A DNA stretch of 64,000 bases, from the NCBI GenBank assembly GCA_035281225.1, contig DATEEI010000117.1:62720-126719 (forward strand), in the 5' to 3' direction. The DNA comes from Vicinamibacterales bacterium (GTDB taxonomy: Bacteria > Acidobacteriota > Vicinamibacteria > Vicinamibacterales > JAMQPK01). Made by a program: the position numbers and the translations under genes. This document shows positions 54,105 through 63,100 of the stretch, one piece after another. A model generated the notes under the pieces. That model saw only the letters and a program-made list of their open reading frames with translations. It made no database searches and was not told the DNA's origin. Every line of letters starts with the position of its first letter. The first letter of the stretch is position 1.

Positions 54105-54247
54105 TATTGCCTAAGTTCCGCGCCATTCGCGGAACGCGGGGGACCCAGAGGAGCGCACGACGCTCCGGGGGCGAATTGGCGATTCCGCCATAGGACACTT
54201 CCGAGTCCGAGCCCGTCAGCTAACCCCGCCGGCTCGTAACGGAAGCC
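54105..54247 (+). promoter_or_regulatory. c-di-AMP riboswitch (ydaO-yuaA class)
   Basis: Ordered hallmark blocks: ACGCGGGGGACCCA (54134-54147), hairpin GGAGCG-cacga-CGCTCC then GGGGGCGAAUUGG, CCGAGUCCGAGCCCGUCAGCUAACCCC (54201-54227), CGUAACGG (54235-54242). It lies directly upstream of a kimA homolog, the classic genomic context. Confidence 0.8.
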
Positions 54248-54250
54248 ACC

Positions 54251-56092
54251 ATGCCCGAAGAGGGACTGTTCGGTCAGATCAAGCGATTTGTCGTCGGCGA
54301 GCCTATTCCTTCACACCTGGCCCACCACGAGCGTCTCTCCCGTTTCACCGGTCTTGCCGTTCTTTCGTCCGACGCTCTTTCGTCGGTTGCCTACGCGACG
54401 GAAGAGGTTCTGCGAGTCCTCATTCTCGTCGGCATCAGCGCCCTGAGTGTCGGGACACCGATCGCCATTGTCATTGCCGCCATTCTGGCGGTGGTCGTCT
54501 TCTCGTACCGGCAGACCATCTATGCGTACCCGACAGGCGGCGGCGCCTACATCGTCGCGCAGGACAATCTCGGCGAGACGCCTGCGCTCATCGCGGCGGG
54601 CGCACTGTTGATCGACTATGTGCTGACGGTGGCCGTCAGCATCGCAGCGGGGGTCGCCGCCATCACGTCCGCATTTCCAGCGTGGCACCTCAATCGTGTC
54701 GAGATGGCGCTCGGCTTCGTGGCCGTCACGATGCTGGCCAACCTGCGTGGGATTCGCGAGTCGGGCCGGATTTTCGCACTGCCCACATACTTCTTCGTTG
54801 TCAGCCTGCTGGCGCTCATCGCCGTGGGCGCCTGGCGCGCGCTGAGCGGTACCGTCGAACCCGTTCAACCGCTCAACCCGATTCAGCCGACAGGCGAAAC
54901 GCTCACACTGTTTCTGCTCCTCACGGCTTTCTCGAACGGCTGCACGGCGATGACCGGCGTGGAGGCCGTGTCGAACGGCGTCCCGGCCTTCAAGCCACCC
55001 GAAGCCAAAAATGCCGCGTCGACGATGCTGATGATGGCGGCACTCTCGATCACGATGTTCCTCGGCATCACGTTGCTGGCGCACTCCTACCAGGTGACCC
55101 CGAGCGATCAGGAAACAGTCGTATCGCAGATCGCTCGTGGCGTCTTCGGGGGACGTGGCGTCGCGTACTACCTCGTGCAGGCGGCGACGGTGCTGATTCT
55201 CGTTCTGGCGGCTAACACCGCGTACGCGGACTTTCCCAGGCTGGCGTCGATCCTCGCGCGCGACCGCTACCTTCCGCGTCAGCTCATGAATCAGGGCGAT
55301 CGGCTCGCCTTCTCGAACGGCATCGTCGCGCTGAGCGTGTTCGCCGGTCTTCTCCTGGTTCTCTATGGCGGCGATACCCACTCGCTGATTCCGCTGTACA
55401 TGATCGGCGTCTTTGTCTCGTTCACCTTCTCGCAGGCGGGAATGGTGATGCACTGGCGCAGGCTCGGAGGGCCGCGCTGGAAAACCAGCGCCGCCATCAA
55501 CGGATTCGGCGCGACGGTGACCGGCATCGTCCTGATCGTGGTGGCCGTGACAAAGGCCCACGAAGGCGCCTGGATCGTCCTGGTCTTGATTCCGGTGGCC
55601 GTGTTCTTCTTGCGCCTCACGAAGCGCCACTACGATGTCGTCGCCTCGCAACTTTCCTTGGACGGCTGGAGGACTGACAACCTGCGCCGCGAGAACATCG
55701 TGCTCGTGCCGATTAGCGGGGTGCACCGAGCCGTGGTCCAGGCCGTCGAGTATGCCAAGACGCTGTCCCATGATGTCCGCGCGGTGTACGTCAGCATGGA
55801 TCCGGCAATCACCAGCCACTTGCGATCGGACTGGGAGCGGTGGGGGCAGGGCGTGCCGCTCGTCGTCCTGGAATCTCCCTATCGCTCTCTGATGGAGCCG
55901 TTCCTCGAATATATCGAACAGGTTGACGCCGAGCGCCCCAGCGATTTTCTCACCGTGGTTCTGCCGGAGTTCGTGCCGGCGAAATGGTGGCACCATCTTT
56001 TCCATAATCAGCGCGCGCTTCTCATCAAGGGAGCGCTCCTCTTCAAGCCCAACGTGGTCGTCACCAGCGTGCCGTTCCATCTTGTAAGGTGA
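54251..56092 (+). CDS. kimA: KimA-type K+/H+ symporter (APC superfamily)
   Basis: Collinear similarity to B. subtilis KimA as I recall it: 'IKRFVVGEPI...LAVLSSDALSSVAYATEE', 'YRQTIYAYPTGGGAYIVAQDNLGE', 'LLIDYVLTVAVSIAAG', 'VLAANTAYADFPRL', C-terminal cytoplasmic domain. Confidence 0.85.
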   Translation: MPEEGLFGQIKRFVVGEPIPSHLAHHERLSRFTGLAVLSSDALSSVAYATEEVLRVLILVGISALSVGTPIAIVIAAILAVVVFSYRQTIYAYPTGGGAYIVAQDNLGETPALIAAGALLIDYVLTVAVSIAAGVAAITSAFPAWHLNRVEMALGFVAVTMLANLRGIRESGRIFALPTYFFVVSLLALIAVGAWRALSGTVEPVQPLNPIQPTGETLTLFLLLTAFSNGCTAMTGVEAVSNGVPAFKPPEAKNAASTMLMMAALSITMFLGITLLAHSYQVTPSDQETVVSQIARGVFGGRGVAYYLVQAATVLILVLAANTAYADFPRLASILARDRYLPRQLMNQGDRLAFSNGIVALSVFAGLLLVLYGGDTHSLIPLYMIGVFVSFTFSQAGMVMHWRRLGGPRWKTSAAINGFGATVTGIVLIVVAVTKAHEGAWIVLVLIPVAVFFLRLTKRHYDVVASQLSLDGWRTDNLRRENIVLVPISGVHRAVVQAVEYAKTLSHDVRAVYVSMDPAITSHLRSDWERWGQGVPLVVLESPYRSLMEPFLEYIEQVDAERPSDFLTVVLPEFVPAKWWHHLFHNQRALLIKGALLFKPNVVVTSVPFHLVR

Positions 56093-56274
56093 ACCAGATG
56101 AACATGCGAATGCGCCTCACCCTACTCCGACTCGGAGCTGTCGTATTGATGGTGGTCTCGGTCTATCTATTGAACCGCGTCATGCTGCGGTTGCCCTGGC
56201 AGGTTGACTGCATTATCGCGGGTGTTGCTGCGCTCGCGTTCGCCTACCGATACGAACGTCAGGAGTCCCATTGA
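56089..56274 (+). CDS. Small (61 aa) two-TM membrane protein, hypothetical
   Basis: GTGA overlap with the kimA stop and TTGA overlap with the next ORF. '[14 protein letters not shown]' and '[12 protein letters not shown]' are helices. Alternative ATG at 56098. Confidence 0.45.
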   Translation: MNQMNMRMRLTLLRLGAVVLMVVSVYLLNRVMLRLPWQVDCIIAGVAALAFAYRYERQESH

Positions 56275-58139
56275 CATTTCACGAGTGGTTCTTTCACGGC
56301 AGTAAACCATCACCTGAGGGCCCTCATACAGCCGCACCTCATCACCAGGCGCCATGGTGGAAGGTGATGTGCCTGACGGGCGTCGACTACTTCTCGACGC
56401 TCGGCTACCAACCTGGCATTGCGTTCGTCGCCGCGGGCGCGCTGGCGCCCATCGCGACGCTCATTCTCGTGCTCCTCACGCTATTCGGCGCGCTGCCTGT
56501 CTACAACAGGGTGGCGGCCGCGAGCCCGGAAGGCCAAGGCAGTATTTCGATGCTCGAGGACCTGCTGCCGCGATGGCGCGGCAAGGCGCTCGTGCTCGCG
56601 CTGCTCGGGTTCGCGGCGACCGATTTCGTCATCACCATCACGCTCTCGGCCGCCGACGCGACCGAACACATCATCCACAACCCGTTCGTCCCGCACGCAT
56701 TCGATCATCCAGTCGCGGTCACGATCGTGCTGCTCACCGCGCTTGGGGCGGTCTTTCTCAAGGGATTCAAGGAAGCCATCGGCATCGCCGTGGCGATTGT
56801 CGTGGTCTACCTCGGGCTGAACGTGTTCGTGATCGGGCACGGCATGCTGGAAATCGTCCGCCATCCAGAATACCTCCCGCGGTGGACGAATGCGCTCTCC
56901 GCACAACACGGGAATCCGGTGATGATGGTTGCGTTTGCGTTGCTGGTCTTCCCAAAGCTCGCCCTCGGCTTGTCCGGCTTCGAAACCGGCGTCGCGGTCA
57001 TGCCGCTCGTCGCCGGCAACCGCGTCGCGAACACCAGGAAGCTGCTGCGAACGGCCGCGCTCATCATGAGCGTCGCCCTTCTCGGCAGCTCGATCGTCAC
57101 GACGCTGCTCATCCCCGCCGAGGCGTTTACCGAAGGCGGTGAGGCATCCGGCCGCGCGCTCGCGTATCTCGCGCATCGCGACCACGGTGAGCTGTTCGGC
57201 ACCATCTACGACGTGAGCACCATCGCCATTCTCTGGTTCGCCGGCGCGTCGGCCATGGCCGGACTGTTGAATCTCGTGCCGCGCTATCTGCCGCGCTATG
57301 GTATGGCGCCCGAGTGGACCCGCGCGACGCGGCCGCTCGTCACCCTGTTCACGGGCATCACCTTCCTGATCACCATCATCTTCAAGGCGGACGTCGAAGC
57401 CCAGGGCGGCGCCTACGCCACCGGCGTGCTCGTGCTGATGACCTCCGCGGCCGTAGCGGTGACGCTGGCGTTGTGGCGCGCCCATCAAGGCAGCTGGATG
57501 CCCTTTGGCGCGATCACGGTGGTGTTCGCCTACACCACCGTCACCAACGTCATCGAACGGCCCGACGGCGTCAAAATCGCCGCGTGGTTCATCGTGACGA
57601 TCGTCGTGACGTCACTGATCTCACGGGTGCTTCGCTCGACCGAACTGCGCGTGCTGGGCGTGACCGCCGACCCGCTGGCCGGCAGGTTTCTCAAGGAGGT
57701 TGCCCACTCTCCCATCCGCATCATCGCGAACCGGCCCGACAAGGGAATACCAGAAGAGTACGCGCACAAGCTGCGCGAAGCCCAGGAGACGCATCACCTA
57801 CCGCCCGGGACACGGGTGCTGTTCGTTGAAGTACAGCCGTCGGACGCGTCGGCGTTCAGTGAGGTGTTGAAGCTCGAAGGGGCCGATATCGGCGGGCACC
57901 GTGTGCTCCGCTGCGTCAGCCCGGCCATCCCGAACGCCATCGCCGCGCTACTGCTGTTCATTCGAGATGAGACGAAGCAGATTCCGCACGCGTACTTCGG
58001 CTGGACCGAGGGCAATCCGATTGCGTATCTCCTGAAGTTTCTGGCGTTCGGCGAGGGAGATACGGCGCCGGTCACGCGCGAGGTGCTCAGGCAGGCCGAG
58101 CCCGATCCCGAGCTGCGGCCCCGCATTCACATCGGCTAG
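56271..58139 (+). CDS. APC-fold permease with C-terminal cytoplasmic domain, substrate unknown
   Basis: TTG start overlapping the upstream stop. About 12 TM ('[28 protein letters not shown]...') plus a ~180-aa soluble tail. Family not recognised. Confidence 0.7.
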   Translation: MTFHEWFFHGSKPSPEGPHTAAPHHQAPWWKVMCLTGVDYFSTLGYQPGIAFVAAGALAPIATLILVLLTLFGALPVYNRVAAASPEGQGSISMLEDLLPRWRGKALVLALLGFAATDFVITITLSAADATEHIIHNPFVPHAFDHPVAVTIVLLTALGAVFLKGFKEAIGIAVAIVVVYLGLNVFVIGHGMLEIVRHPEYLPRWTNALSAQHGNPVMMVAFALLVFPKLALGLSGFETGVAVMPLVAGNRVANTRKLLRTAALIMSVALLGSSIVTTLLIPAEAFTEGGEASGRALAYLAHRDHGELFGTIYDVSTIAILWFAGASAMAGLLNLVPRYLPRYGMAPEWTRATRPLVTLFTGITFLITIIFKADVEAQGGAYATGVLVLMTSAAVAVTLALWRAHQGSWMPFGAITVVFAYTTVTNVIERPDGVKIAAWFIVTIVVTSLISRVLRSTELRVLGVTADPLAGRFLKEVAHSPIRIIANRPDKGIPEEYAHKLREAQETHHLPPGTRVLFVEVQPSDASAFSEVLKLEGADIGGHRVLRCVSPAIPNAIAALLLFIRDETKQIPHAYFGWTEGNPIAYLLKFLAFGEGDTAPVTREVLRQAEPDPELRPRIHIG

Positions 58140-58146
58140 TGGCCCG

Positions 58147-58545
58147 TTAACCAGCCGCCTTCTGACCCAGGAACATTCTGACAATCTTCCAGTCGGCCAA
58201 TCTTCCAATGGCCCCGAATGCGGACCCGCTCCAGGTGATGGTGAGCTTGATGGCAAGCGGGCCTGAGGAGGGGACCGGTTGTGACGCGGCGGGTTCGACC
58301 TCGAGCGGGTCCGGATAACGTTCAACGAACTCGCGCACGACGGCCTCGGGATCCATCCCGATGGCCTCGGCGTACGCGCGCACGAAAGATTTTCTGAAGA
58401 TGCCCGATGGCCATCGCGATACGTCGTCTCGTTCCAAGCCTTCGAGCAAGCTCAGACCGATCTTCGTTCCCTCGGCAATCGATCGGAGAGCAATCTGCCG
58501 GCGCTCGCGCTCGTAGCGCAAGCGCGCTCCCAGGGTGTCGGGCAT
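58147..58545 (-). CDS. HTH_25 (RodZ N-terminal-like, XRE-type) DNA-binding protein
   Basis: 'LGARLRYERERRQIALRSIAEGTKIGLSLLEGLERDDVSRWP' is the RodZ-type HTH. No TM or DUF4115. Confidence 0.75.
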   Translation of the reverse strand: MPDTLGARLRYERERRQIALRSIAEGTKIGLSLLEGLERDDVSRWPSGIFRKSFVRAYAEAIGMDPEAVVREFVERYPDPLEVEPAASQPVPSSGPLAIKLTITWSGSAFGAIGRLADWKIVRMFLGQKAAG

Positions 58546-58578
58546 GGTGAGATGTGGCCCCTCGATGGTGAGAAAATG

Positions 58579-58614
58579 TACAGGGACACCGCAAGGGAAT
58601 GCGATGCCCCTGTA
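58579..58614 (-). other. 15-bp stem-loop in the predicted 5'UTR of the HTH gene
   Basis: Minus-strand RNA UACAGGGGCAUCGCA-uucccu-UGCGGUGUCCCUGUA pairs 15/15 including two G-U pairs. On the plus strand those two positions are A-C mismatches. Confidence 0.45.
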
Positions 58615-58690
58615 TTGCGTCGTCGGCCCAGCTCCCCCAGCTCACGGACCTGCCGTGTTTTTGATAAGCCGGCGACGCGCCGCGTGCTTA

Positions 58691-58706
58691 GGCAAACCGC
58701 GTGCCT
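58691..58706 (-). promoter_or_regulatory. sigma54 (-24/-12) promoter
   Basis: The minus strand reads AGGCACG-cggt-TTGCC against the consensus TGGCACG-N4-TTGCW, with correct GG-to-GC spacing. It is oriented toward the HTH gene at 58545. Confidence 0.55.
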
Positions 58707-58880
58707 TCCATTAGCCCCGCCAAACGTACTATTACCGGATGAGTACCATGTAAATTTTTCCGTGTACTGAATTTTTTTCTCTCCGCGACGTCACAAAGCT
58801 GTAAGGCTGTAAGCGTAAGACGACAGGAAAATCGGGTACGGTTCCTGCTGTATGGGTGGGCCAGGAAGGGAGAAACGCCA

Positions 58881-59555
58881 ATGAGTCAACTCCGTAGAAC
58901 CATTCACGTGCTCGCCGTCGGCGTCATCGTGGTGGGAACGACCACCGCATGCGCCACCAAGAAGTTCGTCCGCACCGAGGTCAACGCCGTAGGAACGCGC
59001 GTGGAAACGCTCTCGCAGTCGCTCGAGACCACCCAGGAAGCCACCCGCCAGAACCAGGCGCGCATCACACAGGTCGATGCCAAGGCCGATCAGGTCGGGA
59101 TCTGGGCGAAGGACGCGCAAACCTCCGCCGCCACCGCGCAGAACGCTGCCACTGCTGCGGCCGCACGCGTCGACGCCGTCGAGGCCTCGACGAAGCGCCT
59201 CGTGTATGAAGTCGTCATCAGTGAAGACCAGGGAGAATTCAAGTTCGGATCGGCCGCACTGCCTGATGGCGTGCGGGCGCGCATTGACGAAATGATCGCG
59301 CAGCTCAAGGCCGAGCCGAAAGGCAACTTCGTCGAGATCGAGGGGCACACGGACTCGAGCGGCGACAAGATGGTCAATGCGCGCATCGGTGAGGCACGCG
59401 CCGAGGCCGTCAAGCGCTATCTGTATGACACGCATCAGGTGCCGCTGCACAAGATGAACGTCATCAGCTACGGCGAAGAGAAGCCTGCCAGCCCGAACAA
59501 CACCCGCCAGGGTCGCGCTCAGAACCGTCGCGTCGTGATCCGAATCCTCGCGTAA
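58881..59555 (+). CDS. OmpA-family peptidoglycan-associated lipoprotein with coiled-coil N-domain
   Basis: GGAAGGGAG SD; lipobox 'VVGTTTAC'; OmpA_C 'FKFGSAALP...VEIEGHTDSSGDKMVNARIGEARAEAV...NRRVVIRI'. Confidence 0.85.
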   Translation: MSQLRRTIHVLAVGVIVVGTTTACATKKFVRTEVNAVGTRVETLSQSLETTQEATRQNQARITQVDAKADQVGIWAKDAQTSAATAQNAATAAAARVDAVEASTKRLVYEVVISEDQGEFKFGSAALPDGVRARIDEMIAQLKAEPKGNFVEIEGHTDSSGDKMVNARIGEARAEAVKRYLYDTHQVPLHKMNVISYGEEKPASPNNTRQGRAQNRRVVIRILA

Positions 59556-59562
59556 CCTCATG

Positions 59563-59588
59563 GGCCGGGTCTACGGCAAGACCCGGCC
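59563..59588 (+). terminator. Hairpin after the ompA-like gene (no U-tract)
   Basis: GGCCGGGTCT-acggca-AGACCCGGCC, perfect 10-bp stem 8 nt after the stop. Confidence 0.45.
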
Positions 59589-59602
59589 TACGCTCCACCC
59601 CC

Positions 59603-59642
59603 CACGCATCCCACGTCACCACGCATCCCACGTATCCCACGT
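59603..59642 (+). repeat. Short tandem repeats: CACGCATCCCACGT x2 plus ATCCCACGT
   Basis: CACGCATCCCACGT at 59603-59616 and 59620-59633; ATCCCACGT again at 59634-59642. They lie 23-60 nt upstream of the EBP gene start. Confidence 0.6.
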
Positions 59643-59664
59643 TCCCGTTGTATCCTGAACGCCC

Positions 59665-61026
59665 ATGAGGGTCCTCATAGTCGAAGACGACGCCGCCGCC
59701 AGGCGCGGGCTGACGGAGCTCGTGCGGGCGTGGGGCTACGACGCCGAAGGGGCCGCGGACGGCCAGGAAGGCCTCGAGCGCATCACGACATACCGCCCGT
59801 CAGCCGTGCTGGCCGACATGGTCATGCCGCGGATGGACGGACTCGAGCTGCTCCGCCACGTCAAGGATCAGCTGTCCGATCTCACGTTCGTCCTGATCAC
59901 CGCGCAAGGTAGCGTCGATACGGCGGTGTCGGCCATGAAGGAAGGGGCATACGACTATCTGACAAAGCCCGTCGATCCGCAGCGTCTTCGTATGCTGCTG
60001 AGCCACGTGGCCGAGCGTCAGAGCGCGCTGCGTGAGGTCGCGAACCTGCGGCACCAGCTCCACGAACACGGACGATTCGGGCAGATGGTGGGAAACGCGC
60101 CGGCGCTCAGGGCGGTCTATCGCGTCATCGAGCAGGCGGCCCCCACGGCGGCGTCGGTGCTCGTATACGGTGAATCGGGCACCGGCAAAGAGCTCGTCGC
60201 GAAAACCATTCACGAGCTGAGCGGCCGGAACAAGCATCCGTTCGTGGCGATCAATTGCGCCGCGATTCCGGAGTCGCTGCTCGAGAACGAGATCTTCGGC
60301 CACGAGCGTGGCGCGTTCACGGGTGCCGTGGAGCGCCGTCCGGGCTGCTTCGAGCTGGCGCACACCGGCACGCTGTTCCTCGACGAAATCGCCGAGGTCG
60401 CGCCGGGAATCCAGACCAAGCTGCTCCGCGTGCTTCAGGAGCGCACGATCAGGCGTCTTGGCGGACAGAAAGAGCAGCCGGTCGACGTGCGGCTGATCGC
60501 CGCCACTAACGTCGATCCCGCGAAGGCGGTTCAGCAAGGCAGGCTTCGCGAGGATCTCTACTACCGCATCAACGTCATCGCCATCTGCGTACCGCCTCTG
60601 CGCGAGAGAGTTGAGGACATCCCGCTGCTCGTGCAGACGTTCATCACGGAGTTCAACGAGCGCAACGGCAAATCCGTGCGTGCAGTGTCACCTGAGGCGC
60701 TGCGCCTGCTCCAGCGGTACGCGTGGCCCGGCAACATCCGCGAGCTTCGCAACGTGATCGAGCGCGCGGTCATTCTGAGCCCCGGCGAGTTCATCGACGC
60801 CGGGCACGTGCCGGCCGATCTGTCCGGTCCTCCCCCACCGTCGATTCACTCGGCCGGCCTCACGGCAGGCATGACGGTCGACGAAGCCGAACGGAAGCTG
60901 ATCGAGCTGACGCTCGCGCACACCCACGACAACAAGACGCGCGCCGCCGAGATTCTGGGCGTCACGGTGAAGACCCTGCACAACAAGCTCAAGCGATTCA
61001 GACGGGAAGCGGAAGAAAAGACGTAG
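59665..61026 (+). CDS. sigma54-dependent response regulator (NtrC-type enhancer-binding protein)
   Basis: Receiver 'VLIVEDDAAARR...VLADMVMPRMDG'; AAA+ 'GESGTGKE', 'GAFTGA' (GAFTGA loop), 'RVIAATN'-like 'RLIAATN'; C-terminal Fis HTH. Confidence 0.9.
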   Translation: MRVLIVEDDAAARRGLTELVRAWGYDAEGAADGQEGLERITTYRPSAVLADMVMPRMDGLELLRHVKDQLSDLTFVLITAQGSVDTAVSAMKEGAYDYLTKPVDPQRLRMLLSHVAERQSALREVANLRHQLHEHGRFGQMVGNAPALRAVYRVIEQAAPTAASVLVYGESGTGKELVAKTIHELSGRNKHPFVAINCAAIPESLLENEIFGHERGAFTGAVERRPGCFELAHTGTLFLDEIAEVAPGIQTKLLRVLQERTIRRLGGQKEQPVDVRLIAATNVDPAKAVQQGRLREDLYYRINVIAICVPPLRERVEDIPLLVQTFITEFNERNGKSVRAVSPEALRLLQRYAWPGNIRELRNVIERAVILSPGEFIDAGHVPADLSGPPPPSIHSAGLTAGMTVDEAERKLIELTLAHTHDNKTRAAEILGVTVKTLHNKLKRFRREAEEKT

Positions 61027-61031
61027 CCGAT

Positions 61032-62501
61032 ATGCGCGTCAGTCTTCGAGCGAGGCAAACCGCGGCGGTGACGGTGCTGATCGCGCTGGCGATGACCGTG
61101 CTGAGCGTGCAACACCTCGCCAATCTGGCGCGTGTCGGGCTCGAAGACAGCAGGGGCATCGGCGAGCTCCTGGGGAGGATGATCTACCAGCGGGCGCGCG
61201 AAGCGATCGCGATCGGCGGCGACCCGATCGTTTCCCTGCGAACCGACCAGGGTATCCGATCGATCCTCGAATCGACGGCCGCCTACGGCCGCAATGTCAC
61301 CTACGCCGCTGTGGTCGACAACGACGGCATCGCGATCGCCCACAGTTTTCCTGCCATTGAAGGACAGAAGATCGAGCCCGGCGAGAATCTGTCTGCCGTG
61401 CTCGACGGCAGCACGGCGATGCAGGTGCGCACCGTGTACGCCGATCGCAGCCTCGAGGTGGTGCTGCCGCTGCAGCTCGGAGAATCGCCGTTCGGCGCAA
61501 TCCGCGTCGGCCTGTCGCCCGTGCTCATCCGCAACGATCTCTCGCAGGCGCTCCAACCAATGTTGTGGACGACGTTGTTCGTGTCGGGTACGGCGCTGCT
61601 GGTCGGATTGGTGCTCGCGAGGCGCATTCTCCGGCCGATCCACGTCATCAACAGCGGGCTCATGAAACTTGGCCGCGGCGAGAAGGTCGGCAGTATCGAT
61701 CTACCACCGGATGAGGAGCTCGAGGGTGTCGGCGAGTCGTTCAAGGCGATCAGCGAAAAGCTCGCGTCACGCTCGCTCGGGCGGCTGATGGCGGGCGTCA
61801 CGCACGAGGTTCGCAACCCGCTGAACGCGATGACGATCCATCTGGAGCTCGTTCGAGAGCATCTGCTCCGCATGCAGAGGAGCACGCGCACGACGGTGGG
61901 TGCCGTGCTCGGGTTGGAAGGAGGCGAAGAACGCACGCCGGAATTCGATGGCGCGCGCGAGCACATCGACGTAATCGCCTCCGAGATCAGGCGCCTCGAC
62001 GAGGTCATTACGGGATTCGTGCGGTTCATCCGGCCGGAGGAGCTGCAGCTCCAACCGGTGAACGTCGCGTCGCTCATCAACGAGGTGATCGCGCTGGTCG
62101 AGCCAGATGTCCGTCGAAATGGCGTCACCTGCCGCGCCCAGATAGCCGCCGAGTTGCCGGAGCTCAGCGCCGACCCGGCCCTGCTCCGCCAGGCGCTTCT
62201 GAATCTCGCGCTGAACGGATGCCAGGCGATGCCCGAGGGTGGGAAACTGACCATGTCGGCAACGACGGAGAAAGATCACCGCATTTCGCTGACGATCGAA
62301 GACACCGGCGTGGGCATCCCCGCGGACAAGCTCGATCTGATTTTCGATTTGTACTTCACGACCCGGCCCGAAGGCAGCGGCATCGGATTGTCGATCGTGT
62401 ATCGCATCATCCAGCTGCACGGAGGAGAGATTGAGGTACAGTCGACTGAGGGGCGAGGGACGCAGTTTCGGATTCTGCTGCCCAGGGGAACCAGGGACTA
62501 G
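61032..62501 (+). CDS. HAMP-domain sensor histidine kinase (cognate to the EBP)
   Basis: Start moved to the ATG at 61032, 5 nt after the EBP stop. Two TM; HAMP; H-box 'MAGVTHEVRNPLNAM'; HATPase 'LNLALNGCQAM', 'DTGVGI', 'GSGIGLS'. Confidence 0.85.
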   Translation: MRVSLRARQTAAVTVLIALAMTVLSVQHLANLARVGLEDSRGIGELLGRMIYQRAREAIAIGGDPIVSLRTDQGIRSILESTAAYGRNVTYAAVVDNDGIAIAHSFPAIEGQKIEPGENLSAVLDGSTAMQVRTVYADRSLEVVLPLQLGESPFGAIRVGLSPVLIRNDLSQALQPMLWTTLFVSGTALLVGLVLARRILRPIHVINSGLMKLGRGEKVGSIDLPPDEELEGVGESFKAISEKLASRSLGRLMAGVTHEVRNPLNAMTIHLELVREHLLRMQRSTRTTVGAVLGLEGGEERTPEFDGAREHIDVIASEIRRLDEVITGFVRFIRPEELQLQPVNVASLINEVIALVEPDVRRNGVTCRAQIAAELPELSADPALLRQALLNLALNGCQAMPEGGKLTMSATTEKDHRISLTIEDTGVGIPADKLDLIFDLYFTTRPEGSGIGLSIVYRIIQLHGGEIEVQSTEGRGTQFRILLPRGTRD

Positions 62502-62529
62502 AGGCTGGAAGCTGGGGGCTGGGAGCTTG

Positions 62530-63084
62530 ATGAAGAAGGTGATCGCGAGCGGGCTCGTCGTCGGCGCGGTATTTGTGGCCGCGTGCGCGTCGAATCCTGC
62601 GCGATCGTCCGTTGCGGTGCCGCTGGTCATACCCGAACCGCCGCCCCGGGTGGAGATTGCTCCAGTGCCTTCAGCAGAGGCGCCTCTGCCCGAGCGCCCG
62701 ATGCCGGCCGCCGTACCCGCAGCCAAGACATCGCCGCCGACATCGACGCCGGCCGCGAACGGCACCGCCGCGTCGTCGGCACCCCCACAGGCCGCGGCGG
62801 TGACGGTGCCGGAGCCGCCTCGCACGACACCCGCTCCTGAGTTGCGACCGGGCGGTCCCGCAGGCCGGATGCCCACCGCCACACAAGTGCGCGAGCGGCT
62901 TTCCCGCACCAAACAGAAGCTGGATCGGATCGACCGGCGCAACCTCAATGTCGGCAAACGGGCAGACTACGATTCCGCGCAGCGCTTTCTGGCGCAGGCC
63001 GAGGGTGCGGCAAGAGACAACAACTTGCTGCTGGCGGAATCCTCAGTCGAAAAAGCAGAAACGCTGGCCGACGGTCTTCGATGA
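62530..63084 (+). CDS. Lipoprotein with Pro/Ala-rich linker, unknown function
   Basis: Start moved to the ATG at 62530 (GGGAG SD). Lipobox 'FVAAC'; Pro-rich spacer; helical C-terminus 'DYDSAQRFLAQAEGAARDNNLLLAESSVEKAETLA'. Confidence 0.6.
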   Translation: MKKVIASGLVVGAVFVAACASNPARSSVAVPLVIPEPPPRVEIAPVPSAEAPLPERPMPAAVPAAKTSPPTSTPAANGTAASSAPPQAAAVTVPEPPRTTPAPELRPGGPAGRMPTATQVRERLSRTKQKLDRIDRRNLNVGKRADYDSAQRFLAQAEGAARDNNLLLAESSVEKAETLADGLR

Positions 63085-63100
63085 CCGACGGCCAACCTCA

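Noticed and set aside
54098-54110. sigma54-like TGGCAT-ctat-TTGC just upstream of the riboswitch
   Set aside because: The GG-to-GC spacing is 2 nt shorter than the -24/-12 consensus. A sigma70-type promoter fits better.
54311-56080. 589-aa ORF antisense to kimA
   Set aside because: The composition is Arg/His/Gly/Asp-rich and low-complexity, typical of the reverse frame of GC-rich coding DNA. The plus frame has clear KimA similarity and TM periodicity.
62505-62520. sigma54-like CTGGAAGCTGGGGGCT before the lipoprotein gene
   Set aside because: The spacing is off by 1 nt, the -12 element is GGGC rather than TTGC, and it would leave only about 4 nt to the ATG.
61767-62957. 396-aa minus-strand ORF across the kinase/lipoprotein genes
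   Set aside because: Shadow frame. The plus frames contain HATPase motifs and a lipobox.
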